From Batkoa obscura (taxonomy: Eukaryota), in assembly GCA_030770535.1 (NCBI GenBank), contig JASVEC010000003.1:1054001-1118000 (forward strand): a stretch of 64,000 bases of DNA, written 5' to 3'. Numbering within the stretch: the stretch's first letter is position 1; each line of letters begins with the position of its first letter. Positions 27,938 to 40,114 of this stretch are shown one piece after another. A program made the position numbers and the translations under genes. Under the pieces are notes generated by a model. It was given only the letters and a program-made list of their open reading frames with translations, made no database searches and was not told where the DNA came from.

Positions 27938-28972
27938 TTTTAATTAATTTCGAAATGTCATTTCACTGCTTTTTATACTTTTATTATTTTCTTTTAACTT
28001 TTTCCTTTTTCTTTTTTTATCGATTTAAACCTGCTTTCGGTTTTTTCAAAAGATCCTCCTTTTTTTAGTGAAAAAAAGTAAGAGATGTTATTAGTCGCAT
28101 CATAAATTTTTGTTACATAAAAATAAAAATACAATCTAGTAAAAAGGACTGACTGGTGCAATCCTATACCTTTACCACTCCTTATACGTACAAAAAAATA
28201 AAAGTACTCTTAAAAGCCTACTATTTTTCCGCTTATGGCTATTATTGAGAAATCATATTATATATAATTTTATAGATCTTTTATTCTCAAAAATGTGTCA
28301 TATATATTACAAATAATGATTAGCTATTTTCTTTATTTTTAAATTATATACATTCATTAACTACATGTTTTGACAATAATTTTTAATATTAAAAGACCAA
28401 ATGTAAACAAATTAGTTTATTAACGAGTACTTTTTAAAATGACCCTTTTGAGTCGAATCGGCCCAAAAGATCGGTTGTATCAAATTAAATAAATCTGTCA
28501 ACTTTTATTTATATGAATACTTATGTAAAATAAATATCATCTGATTCTTCAATATAAGCTGAAAAAATCGACCCATTTGAATTGATTGGGTTTTTTTACA
28601 TTAATAAGACATATGGGATGCTATTGCAAAGACAAGAATTGCAACCGTGACAAGAATTAATTTCTATATATACTAGAGATATTGGTTAGTATACTGGAAA
28701 AGATTAGAGCCAAAATGATAACTATTTGACCTAGTGTTAGTGATCTTAAAATCGGTCCAAATGGGCCAAAATTCAATAAAAATACCTGTTAATAATGAGT
28801 TTTCATAACGTAGGTGTTTTAATATCCCAGGTAAAAAGTTAAATTAAACTAGAGATGAAAAAATACTTAATTTTAGAAATTCTTATGTTTTAAACTAGGA
28901 CAAAATAGTTTACCTATTATATTGCCTTAAATATTAACTTTTTATTTTATATTTAACATTATTTTATTATAT

Positions 28973-29069
28973 AGGGATGTCTTTCCTTGTTCAAGAAAGC
29001 TACTGATATTTTTTCTGCTTAAAAGCACTTAAAAAAGGGAAAAAGATATGAAACCGAAAAAACACCAGT
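28973..29069 (-). mobile_element. Degenerate MITE copy abutting the Sola2 TIR
   Basis: 97 bp between ATAT 28969-72 and ATAT 29070-73; its reverse complement matches the MITE loosely. Confidence 0.6.
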
Positions 29070-29703
29070 ATATGGGGGTGTCCGAATTGGTTTCATTTTT
29101 TTATCCAATTTTTAAATTATTTTATTATAATTTATATTGTAAGTTAGCGGAATTTCTATCAAATTTAATATAAATTTCCGAATTAGCAAGGCTTTTACCA
29201 ATATAGCCTATATAGTGATATTAACCAAAGTTGTAATATGTAAATAAATATGTATTTTTATAAAACTTTATTAAGAAATATTTATTATCAACTGCTTTAT
29301 AGCCAACACTGCAGATTTACTATCAAATAAATAAATTATTTTGATGTTATAATTACATTATCAATATATCGCTAAGTTAATAAATAGCTGTATAAGGGGG
29401 AGTGGTTAGCCTCAAAACTATAATTAACCATCCTTATGTAACACAAGCAGTATAATAATAGTTTTTCCTTATTATTACAACTACTTACTCTTTGACTATT
29501 TATTAACTTAGCTATCAATAATTTAAGTAATATCAATATTTAATAATTGATTTCTATCATCTAATAAGTTACTTACTTGCTTACTAAATATTGAAACATT
29601 TAAATTTTCAGTTATTTTTGTAAGATAAGCTGGGGTTGACCTTTTAATTTTTCTATCCTCTATAGACTCTATAACTTTAATTGTAATTATATCGCTTTTT
29701 TAT

Positions 29704-31228
29704 TTATTTATCAGATACTGGATAACAGTGTAATTTATTACCACGTTTAATAAAATGTAAATACTTTTTAATACCTTGTATTTTTATTATTTTTTTCATA
29801 TCTTTGTTTCTTTCATACTTTTTAAAAATTATATTTGTTTTCCCATTATTGACAGTTGAGTTATTAACTCTATTATGTTCACAAATAAAAATCTCAAATT
29901 TTGAAATTAATTGATCAATGTCTTCTATTTTACCTAATGCTTCAAGATTATTTTTCCACTGTGAAAGATTTCCAAAATGTCCGTCAACTATACTTTTTCC
30001 ATGATGCTCGGCAAAAAAATTAAGATCAATATTTAAACTACTATTTATTTTATAAATTTCTTCAAATACATAATGTAAAAACTCTTGAGATTTAAAATGA
30101 TATCCTGTATCTGCCCATATATTAATTTTTGTAAGCTTTTTAAATAAAGGCTCTTTAGATATTAAATCAATTAAACAATCTCCTGCATATGCTGAATCAT
30201 GATTTAATATTTCAGATAAATAATCAAAATAAATTTTGCCTATTGTTTTATCGTTTTTTAAATACAAAACGCCAAACCCTAATACTGATATAGCTTGTTT
30301 ATTATAATGATCTAAGTTTATTGGATCTGGTCTTGTTCCTATTTCCATATTTTGTTTAAAGTCTAAAATTATTATACAACTTATATTATTTAATTTTTCA
30401 ATAGTTTCATTAAATATGTTTTTTTGAGTATCAACACAAAACTCATGTAATTTATATAACCTTTTTTCTTTATTAAAAGATTCCTGTATCTCTGCTTTAT
30501 TTTTTGTCGCTGTATTTATTTTATTTTCAAATAACTTTTTTCTAACTGTATACTGGGCACATATATTACATAAATCTGTTTTTCTTGCTGGATTTTTAAA
30601 ATTATTTGGTATGTATTTGAAAATTGTTGACCTAGCTACTGCTTTATCTTTTAAATCATTAAAATATTTACTGTATATCATTCTTCTATTTTTATTTAAT
30701 ATATATATATTATCTGACGAATATTTATTATCATTATTTTTTTTATTAAATCTTGATGAAATAGTTGAATTATCAAGTAAATATTGTATAATAATCTCAA
30801 TTTGCTCATCTTTAATTTTTTTTGTATTTTTAATAATAGGTTGTAATGTTGGTGTTTTATTATTACTGATTATTTTTGAATAATCATATTAATTTCTACT
30901 TATATTAAATCCAAAACTTTTACATTCATCAAAAGAATATACTGAAGCTATAGTTGATAATAATGCTACTTGCTGGTTTTCATTTCCTGTTTCCTTTAAA
31001 GCACTAATTCTATACATTGCTTGGTTAAGTTTATTATTATTAATAGTAAAGTTTGATAACTTTTCTTTTCTTTTTTTTGTTTTATTATAAATTCCATAAA
31101 CTCTGGGTTATTGTCAATAGTTGTTAAAATTGATGTAAATGAATTACAATGTTATATAATGTGCTTCTCCCTATCGTATTAAAGTTCTTAGAAATTCCAT
31201 TTCGAAGTTTAGTTATAAAAGCTTGGAT
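29704..31228 (-). pseudogene. Sola2-like DDD transposase; catalytic core open (29704-30888), N-terminus disrupted
   Basis: DLCNIC, ILDFKQN, LSEILNHD, IWADTGYHFKS, FFAEHHGKSIVDGHFG; TAA at 30889-91, two 1-bp deletions near 31090 and 31150, start reads ATC. Confidence 0.8.
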
Positions 31229-31320
31229 TTTATTTTTATTTTAATAAAAAATAAAGTCAAGTAATTATATATTTATATCTTATATATCTATTAAACATTT
31301 AATAAAAAAATACAAAACAC

Positions 31321-31699
31321 TGTGAAATATCGCTTCATCAGCTCTATGATTGCTTATCGCATAATAATCACTTAACTTGTTTACAAAACTAGTTGGAGTA
31401 TAAAAGAGATTCTTCAACATGATAGCTCGAGGCTTTTTAATTGAATTGTTCCCTAATACTGTACCTTTAATAAAGCCAGTAAGTCTTATAGTATTTTACG
31501 TAGATTTTACGTAGATTTTACGTAGATTTTACAGTAGTATCTTGTATTCTATTCATTTTATATAGTTCGTAGCTTATTGCACACTATTCCTATTAATTTA
31601 AGTCTATCTTAGTTACATAAACTAAGGCCTTTTGACTTACGGCCAGTTAATTAAGCTAGGACTGCTTTTAACTGTAATAACTGAGTACCAACTTTCACA
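31321..31699 (+). mobile_element. Solo LTR (379 bp, internally shortened) nested in Sola2 copy 1
   Basis: TGTGAAA...TTTCACA; flanks AACAC/AACAT; internal (TTTTACGTAGA)x3. Confidence 0.75.
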
Positions 31700-31836
31700 A
31701 ACATATAATCAAAAAAATAAAATAAATAAATAAAATAAAATAAGTCTTTTAAATTTAATTTTTATATTTAATTTTAAGCTTTTTAAATTTAGCTGATTAT
31801 ACATTGAAGACTTACAAATTTAAAAACTTAAAATTT

Positions 31837-31892
31837 TTCCACTCAAATAGCGCTTAAAAAATGAAAAGTGATTAAACCAAAAAAACATCCCC
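31837..31892 (-). mobile_element. Half MITE forming the terminus of Sola2 copy 1
   Basis: TTCCACTCAAATAGCGCTTAAAAAATG...ACATCCCC-ATAT is the reverse complement of the MITE left half. Confidence 0.8.
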
Positions 31893-32069
31893 ATATATTA
31901 AATAACTCAAAACTAAAAATTATCGTTTTATATGGAATAGTGTTTTCATTATTTTATCTCTTTATTAAGCTATTAATTTTCAAATGATAGATACAAATAA
32001 TGTATGTTTTTTGAAAAACAATTATTTAATTTTGAATAAAAAACTAAAAACAATGTTTACAGTATTAAA

Positions 32070-32865
32070 CTAATAGCTAGGAGGCAGCTCTTGAATATAA
32101 TTACATTCCAAACCAAGTTTAAGTTGATTAGCACGACGATAATGAAAAGGTTGATCACCGAGATTGTATTTCAGTATAGTACCTTTAGTACTATAAATAG
32201 TAGGATATATTGCAGTAGAGTGAAACTGGTAATAGCATAAATCATTACCATTATAAGTAAATGTGATTTCGTTTGATGATAAATCATAAAAACAACCTAT
32301 AATATCTCCTTGTTTAAGAGTATGGACAAATGTATTTGGATATTGCTTTTCGTCCATATTCACACCACATATTTTATTGTTTAGTAGTATATGCGATTCT
32401 ATATTAAGTTAGTAAACTTGCAAACGCTTATATATATTATTTACCATGAATTTTACTACCACTTTTGTTCGCATATCCAAATAAAAGCTCAAAGCTTCCA
32501 CTGAAATCCAACAATTCGATTTCATAATACATCGATTCTGGATTCACTTTGTATTTTTTTGCTTGTATTATACAACTATCATTAAAATATATACTATTAT
32601 TTTCTTTAGGTATTATCTTTTCTTCCTCTCCAACAGTTGCTTTAAATTTGCTCTTATTTTTCAAGTTATTTTCAATCCTTATTTCGCTTAATTGGATTAT
32701 CGCATTATTATCTCTGACTTGTACTATTCTATCGCTATTTATTTCTCTTTCATAACTTCCTCTTATACGCTTGTATATAATGCTAACAATACAAAAAGCT
32801 ATGATAAGTATGGAAGTACATATTCCAAGCGAGATAGCAACATATACAAAATTACCAAGAGCCAT
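32070..32865 (-). CDS. Ssh4/Ear1-like TM-SPRY-PPSY protein, paralog 2; 2 exons
   Basis: Identical to 27124-27750 from QLSEIRIE to the stop including the intron; different N-terminal ~55 aa. Confidence 0.8.
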
Positions 32866-33099
32866 TTTTTAAATTAATATTTTATATGATATTTTGACTC
32901 TTTTATATTATTTCTACTTTCTTTTTAATTTCTTCTTTTTTCTTTTTAATTTCTTCTTTTTTCTTTTTATCATTGAGTTAAGCTTGTGTTTTTCCGCCTA
33001 TGACTATTATTAAAGAACATATTGCTATACTTTTAATTTTACTGCATTTTTATTAAACTTTTACCACCATACGTTATATAGTAGTGATTAGCAACTTTA

Positions 33100-34190
33100 T
33101 TAAACTATTAATTAAATTGTGTATATATTCATCAGCAACTAAAGGATACTTTTAGAAGGATAAGAGTTTTCGAAAACTTTTATATATTTTTTGAACAGTA
33201 CTAAAAAGTCAACTTTTAAAGCATCAAAATATCTAAAATCACCTCTGAAAATTAAAATTAAGTCTAAAAATTTGTTAAATTATTTGCGTTTAAATTTGTA
33301 TATTCTGACAAATGTAAAATTATTTTTTCAATGCTGTTCAAAAGAAATGTAAGAACTTTAAAAAACTATTATAAATTGTATTTTAAAATTTTAATTAATA
33401 TAAAAATTATTCACTAACATGAATATAGCTATGGGTTTTACAACGTTATAGTTAGATTTTGAATATAGACTGGTTTTATATTTAAATATTTTTACTTAGA
33501 GCTGATATTACCACTCATACCAAAGTAGCCTGGTATGATAAGATCAATGCCTTTAGGTGATTTTAAAGTAATATTGTAGTTATCTTACATAGACTAGGAC
33601 CTGAGTCATTAATTTTTTTAATGTTTTTGAATACTTTTAAATTTATAAAGCTATTAAGGGTCAAAGTAAGGCTTAAAGGCTTTCAAGTTGCATTTCAAAG
33701 GTGTTATGAAACTTAAATATAATTGACTTTTGATAAAAGCAGTAATATAACCTTTGTATTTCATATATGACACATATAAGTAAATAAACCCAACTTCAAC
33801 AATGTCTGATCTATTATGAGCTAAACTACACCAAGATTGTATAATATCAATGACTTCAATGCTGAATTTAGATAGTTGATAACTATTTATATATTACTTT
33901 ATGCAAGTAAACCTCTATCTTTCCAATTTGAGCCAAATGCTTTCTAGATTTTTTAAACAGTGAAGCAAACTACTATCTAATGATTTTATAACCAATCTCT
34001 CTAATTTCGGCAAACTAGTTGTAGCTTTATTGTTATTATGATTGATACTAAGCAAAGTGTTAAATATAAAGATAGTATATTATGATAACAATTATCACAC
34101 TTAATCTATCTCCTAACTGTATTTGAATATTTCATGAATACCCAGTTTTCTTTATGAATTTTGTTTTGCCTTAAAGATACTCTGTTAGAC
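33100..34190 (-). pseudogene. Highly decayed paralog of the F-box/LRR gene at 36699-38033 (subfamily 2)
   Basis: Fragments KATTSLPKLERLVIKSLDSS (vs ITIELPKLKRIIIKSLDIS), VINYLNSALKSLIL (vs ILNYLNPNILKSFIL) and SFITPL; many frameshifts; limits approximate. Confidence 0.6.
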
Positions 34191-34364
34191 TAAAGGTTAA
34201 TAAATGATTTGTTTACATAGAATTCAAATGAAGAAAATAAAAATCAACACTAATTATTAAATAGAAATTGATAATTTTTGTGATGATTAAGTAGCTTATA
34301 AAAAACAAATAGGAATTTATAAATTGAAAAAGATAAAGCATACGTACTTTTATCTAAATTAGTA

Positions 34365-35769
34365 TTGCTCTAAAATATCAAATAAACATTCTGATGTTGA
34401 AAATAAACAAGTAAACCACTGATTGCATGATGGCTATTCTTTACGGATTTTTTATCAACTTGAACTAAAAAGGACTTTTAAGTGATAATATTATCCAACA
34501 TACTTATACATTCAAATTTTGAATTTACCAGCTTAACTACTTTAAAGTTATTCAAAAGAAACAATATATAAAATAAACTAGTAAAACTTAAATTGTATTG
34601 GAAAAGATGGCTTTTTTGACTGAATTAGAGTGTATAAAATTTTTGATATCCTCAGTCAATACCGATAATATTTTGTAGGTGCACTATCAGCGACACGACT
34701 AGCTAAGTTAAAGCTTTTATACAGATAATTCAAACAATAAATAACCAACCCTTGGAGATTTTGTAATTGTAAATAGTTTTGAAGGTAGGTTCAAAAACAG
34801 TTGTTCCATCAATATGAATTTTTTTTAAACATCAAAGATTGAAAAGCGAATTTATACCATACATTGGTCCACTGGAACCAAAAGATAGAGTGTTAAATAC
34901 ATCAACTTAACTATGTTTTTAAGGTAAGACTACTAGTTTCTATAAACACTTTCTTTATTTTGAAAATCTAGTATAAACAACTGAGAGGAACTTTGTGTAT
35001 TCGAGTACCTATTAGTGTTAACGCTTTAAGTGAATGAAAGTTCGAAATACCATAAAAACTTGAAGGCACCAAAAACGTAACACAGAGGATCATCGATTTT
35101 TTTAGTTGCATAAATGACTCCTCCAATTTTTCAAGTTCGTTTAAATTGATCGAATTACATTTAATATTCAATGTTGTAAGTTTCTCTGGGTTCAGTAAAC
35201 TGAGAAGAAGATCTAAGTTGATTGTGTTTTTAATATCAACATTCAGCTTTTTAACTCGAGATAATAGATTTGCACGTTTTAGTAAAACAGACGCATGGTT
35301 ACTTCCAATAGTTGAAATATATTCTTTAAATAAGATAATTCGTGTGGTATTAAACGATCTAATATACTAGTATTAGCTAAATTTGTACAGTTGATATTCA
35401 ATATCGTAGTATTAAGGCACAAAATCAAATAGTTTAGCTGATACATTAATAGCTTCAAATATTCTAAATTACTACTATACCTTTTATAAAAGGAACATTG
35501 AATATTTAAGCACTTGTTGTGTCTTTTATAAATTAATATTGGTAATCTGAGTAATAGTTATTACTTCCACAAGAAGGATGTTAAATGTACGAATATTCTG
35601 GTGAGCCCAAATAAACAGAGTAACATAGGCGATTAAAAATAAGCTGACCAGTTTATCTAAACAACGCTCCATTTAAAAATCTTGGATCAAATAGTTCATC
35701 TGGAGGTATAAAACTAAAAGCAATATCAGTTACAATTTTTGGCAAAGTACCTAACTTTGAAGCATTCAT
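34365..35769 (-). pseudogene. F-box/LRR-like pseudogene (subfamily 1)
   Basis: MNASKLGTLPKIVTDIAFSFIPPDELFDPRFLNGAL then frameshifts; LNIKCNSINLNELEKLEESFMQLKK matches the paralogs. Confidence 0.72.
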
Positions 35770-35950
35770 TCATATTAAAAGAAAAGCAAAAATTGTCGAT
35801 TTTTCCTCTTTTATATTATTTTATAAGATTAATTACAGATAATTAAGTTTATTATTTAATCACTTATTATATTTCATAATCCTATAAACCATATGAAAAT
35901 GCCTAACTATTCGCTTATGCTCATTTAATTACAAGTAAAATATATGATAT

Positions 35951-36045
35951 GGGGGTGTTTTTTTGGCTTCATTGTTTTCTCCATTTAAGCGCTATTTGAG
36001 CGGAAAGATTGCTAGTAAAATTCTTAAACAAAAAAATAAATCCCC
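35951..36045 (+). mobile_element. MITE copy
   Basis: ATAT-GGGGGTGT...ATCCCC-ATAT. Confidence 0.9.
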
Positions 36046-36698
36046 ATATATCAAATTTCAGATAAGATTGATATTTTATGTTTATCAAATCATTTTCAAT
36101 AGGATTAATCTTCCTATATTCAACTTGGTTTTCAATTAAGAATTTAATATCAAAATTAATTTGACCTTTGATCAAACCTGTCTAAAATCAAAATGTTCTT
36201 ATAAAATCATGAGTTATTTTGTAAAATGATGAAATTCCAGTTAGAACAGTTGGTATAAATGTCTTTTTATTTTAAAAATTCGTTTTTCACTCTAAAATAT
36301 AAATAAATCAATCTTTTATTGTATTTAATAAAGATAAAAAAATTAACCTTAATATATTAATTAGAGGATAACAAATTAAATTCTAGATAAATTTTTTTAG
36401 ACAATTCTTAATAGTATGTAAATTAAAAATGCTATTAATAAGATAAATATAAAAACTAAGAACGAATATAAGAAATTTAGTTAACAGGATCATATACATT
36501 CATTTTTATAAAATATGAGTCATTATAACATATCATTCTGTTAAAAAGTATATTATTCATTAAGGTGATATTTTAGAAGTACGATAGAAAACTTTAAATT
36601 AAGTAACTTGTAACTAAATATAGTTTTTGTTTCATTAAACTCAATCAATTGTTTAATTAAATAGATAATCAGAAGTAAATGCTGTCTCAGTTAACTGT

Positions 36699-38033
36699 TT
36701 AACTTGATTTCATCCAATTTAGCATTGCGATTTGTTCTAGTTTTTTATAGCACATTATGTCCATATGAGGTCCGGTAGGTGCAATAAGAAGCAAAGGAGC
36801 AGTAATTTTGTAGCTAGCTCCTATATATTTGTTGGTCAAATTCCACTTTTTAATTTTAATTACTTCAAGGTTTGGAAAGAAAGATAAAAAGCACAAAAAA
36901 TCTTCCATTGTAGTATTCAAATAACTAATGGTAACTTGCTTTATAAATTTACATTTAAATAAGTTCTTTTTGCTAGATATGTGCTGATAATACTTTTTTA
37001 TATAAATATTTTTTCCATTCATATTATACTTTTTGAATGTGTCTTCAATACTAAAATCTAATTTATCAAAATAAACTGTTTGTATATTTGGTAATGAGGC
37101 TATTGATTTTAATGACCTCTTTGATAGCTCTTTGATATAAATTTGGTTTAAAGTGGGTAGCTTTATTAAGTCATAAGTTGTTGGTTTAGTGAAATCAAAG
37201 TGTCCTAAAGTTATTAAATTAGAAACCCTAATTAATTTGGAATAGTTACTTCCAATTTCAAAAAATGAACCTAGATTATCCTTTAGCTTTACGCTTTTTA
37301 ATCGGTCTAAAGTCCCAAAATAATTAATATTAAAATCAATGTCTAGCAATCCTTCAATATCTAGATTTAGTGGAGAAGCAAAGTTTATATTGGAATCAAA
37401 TTCACATGGAGTAATAATATAATTTTTGGATTTTAACTGTAAAAAAGTTAATTTGCCAAAACTCTGTTTGATAGTTTCCATTCCGTTAAGGTATAAATCT
37501 CTACTTGAAGAGTGCAATATAAATGACTTTAAAATGTTGGGATTTAAATAGTTAAGAATTGATTGTATATCTCCATCATGGCCATACATTTCCATGGTTT
37601 CAATTTGAAACAAATAATTACTAAATAGGTCTAAATACTGTGTAGAACTAATATCTAATGATTTTATGATAATTCTCTTTAACTTTGGTAACTCAATTGT
37701 GATTTCTTTTCTACTATTATTATTAGACAAGTGCTCATAATACAAAGATATTATATTAGGGCAATAATTGATATATTCGATTTCATTACTGTTTATATTT
37801 AAATGCCTCATCATTAAGCCGTTCTCCTTTATAAATTTTAGTTGGTACTGTTGGTATTGCCTAAATCTGTTGTGATTGTACTTTGAATAAATTAAATTGG
37901 CTCTAATAATATTATTTATAATATTACATATTACTTTATTTAAAAGGCGTAATTCAATCAATTTTTCTGGGCTTATGAATAGAAATATCTCTTCTAACAA
38001 TATATCAGATAATGAATTAAAAGTCAGTTTCAT
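36699..38033 (-). CDS. F-box protein with RNI/LRR-like repeats (intact, intronless; subfamily 2)
   Basis: MKLTFNSLSDILLEEIFLFISPEKLIELRLLNKVICNII is F-box-like; LPKLKRIII, LPNIQTVYF, FPNLEVIKI are LRR-like units. Confidence 0.75.
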   Translation of the reverse strand: MKLTFNSLSDILLEEIFLFISPEKLIELRLLNKVICNIINNIIRANLIYSKYNHNRFRQYQQYQLKFIKENGLMMRHLNINSNEIEYINYCPNIISLYYEHLSNNNSRKEITIELPKLKRIIIKSLDISSTQYLDLFSNYLFQIETMEMYGHDGDIQSILNYLNPNILKSFILHSSSRDLYLNGMETIKQSFGKLTFLQLKSKNYIITPCEFDSNINFASPLNLDIEGLLDIDFNINYFGTLDRLKSVKLKDNLGSFFEIGSNYSKLIRVSNLITLGHFDFTKPTTYDLIKLPTLNQIYIKELSKRSLKSIASLPNIQTVYFDKLDFSIEDTFKKYNMNGKNIYIKKYYQHISSKKNLFKCKFIKQVTISYLNTTMEDFLCFLSFFPNLEVIKIKKWNLTNKYIGASYKITAPLLLIAPTGPHMDIMCYKKLEQIAMLNWMKSS

Positions 38034-39265
38034 GGTTAACAAATTTTACAAAAAGTTTTTCATTTTTTATTTTTTATTTTTATTTCTTTATTACATACAT
38101 TTAATATTTAAAACGTTAATTAAAGGGGTTTTATATTATGCCCTATTGGACATATTTAGGGCAAAATTAAAAATAAGCCAATAGCTTAGAAGGCACTTTT
38201 GACTCCTTTTAAAAGCTAAACAAGGTTTTTTGCCCAAAATTTCGTTTATTGATAAAATTGATACGGAAATAACTTACATAGCACCTAGTGTTAATAAATT
38301 AATTCAAGAGTAGAATATTGTATTAACTTAATTAATTTAAATTATAATTTAACATTAAGTAAATCAACAATACATTATACTAGTAACATTAACATTGTTC
38401 CTGTAAAATAGTTATACATGACCCTATCTTAATATAATTTTTATCTAGAGCCTTGCTTTCTACCTTGAATATAAATTTTTATAACATAAAAAATTTTATA
38501 GCTTATTACTATTCGAATTTTTTGTTAAATCTCATAATTTCAGTATTAATTGCAAGCTCCACTTGCCTATATATGCTCGTTGTAAATACTAGTGTATACC
38601 CTGATGTGTGTCTATTAAAAGGGATTACGCTACTTTTGTTAGTGTAAGTAAATAGTATGGATAGTATTAAATTATTTCCAGAGCTGTAATTTATCCTCAA
38701 TATGTCATTAAATTTTTAGTTTATTAGTTTTTCTTTACACTTTATTAATACACAATAGAACGCTTGTAAATATTCAGATACTTACTCGAATTTATTTTCA
38801 AATTCTCAGAACAATTGTGACTATAACTTTATTTATGAGACTAACATTTAATCCAACTACTATCCTTTATGATGATATGTTCGATACCCCTATTTAAGTA
38901 GCTTATCTTCCAGACTTCTTTACGCCATAGAATTTAGGTTTATTACTGATAGTATATAGTATAATAGGCGCGTTTCAAAATTTACAGGCCTGATCTATCA
39001 GGTAATTTCAAAGCTCTTGAGTCAAATAACACCAAATTATTTTATACTATATGTAACTCAGTCATCATGATTTCAGGATATTAATATGTATTTTAAACAA
39101 TATAGTAGTCATCACAAGGCCTAACCTGATGCTTTAGCATTTTTTAAATTAATAGTCTTCATTACACACTATTTTCTATTAGAGACAAATCATTACATAA
39201 AGTTTGTAGCTATAGTTATTTTTATCTATTACTAAAATATTTTTAGATACAAAAATAGCTTATAT

Positions 39266-39363
39266 GGGGGTGTTTTTTTTGGCTTCATTATTTTTTCCAT
39301 TTTTAAGCGCTATTTGTGTGGGAAGATTGTTAGTAAAATTCTTAAATAAAAAAATATATCCCC
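39266..39363 (+). mobile_element. MITE copy
   Basis: ATAT-GGGGGTGT...ATATCCCC-ATAT. Confidence 0.9.
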
Positions 39364-40087
39364 ATATATCTAATTTTGAGTATCAGAATTTATATCACCA
39401 GCATGTATAATATATGGGATAAAGCATGGAAATTATTAATACTTTGATGCGAAGTATATGATTAGTTGATTTTAAACAAAGAGATTAAGTTCAATTTGTT
39501 GTGCTATTAACATCTTTACTTAATTTAAGTGTAAAATGTGCTATAAATTAGTAAAGAATAAATAAATTTTAACATACAGTGTATTTAACCCGAAATCATT
39601 TTTAGTGATATTCACTGTATTAAGCTATTTTAGGAATAATGATATCATTGATATTGGCTTTAGGGAGTATATAAAGCATATAGCCAACCCAGATACCTCA
39701 ATTGAAAAAAATTACATTAGCCCTTTCCCAATTATAAATTTTTTAAGTATTGTATGTGAAAGTATCTTTTTTGTTTTTATTTTTATTTTTGTTTATTATT
39801 TTTTTTGCAATTTAATTTCAATTTTTTAATCTTTTGTTTTTTTTGATATTATAAAAGTGATTATGTTATTTATGTCATCTATAATAAAAAATTGTATTAG
39901 AGACTCAATAGAGCTAATACCTTTAGCCTTCGAAGATTTTTCTGCACTAGACCCCTCCCTTCTCTCCTTTAGTCATGAATTTAAGTAGCTTTTATTGTGA
40001 ATATGATGCTTCGTATGTAAATGTATGATTACTTAACTTAAATATCAGATGATCTTTATTAAAACAACAAAATAAAAGCGTATTAAG

Positions 40088-40114
40088 GATACATGTGGAA
40101 TATCCACATGTATC
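40088..40114. repeat. Perfect 12-bp-stem hairpin
   Basis: GATACATGTGGA-ATA-TCCACATGTATC. Confidence 0.8.

Larger units (their letters stand above)
29074..31892 (-). mobile_element. Sola2-like DNA transposon, copy 1 (one native TIR, the other end MITE-derived)
   Basis: ATAT-GGGGGTGTCCGAATTGGTTTCA ... AAAAACATCCCC-ATAT; contains the transposase and a solo LTR; colinear with 44906-48270. Confidence 0.85.

Noticed and set aside
38509..39140. Possible two-exon minus-strand pseudogene with TAA stops
   Set aside because: About one stop per 12 codons, as expected by chance at this AT content; no recognisable family
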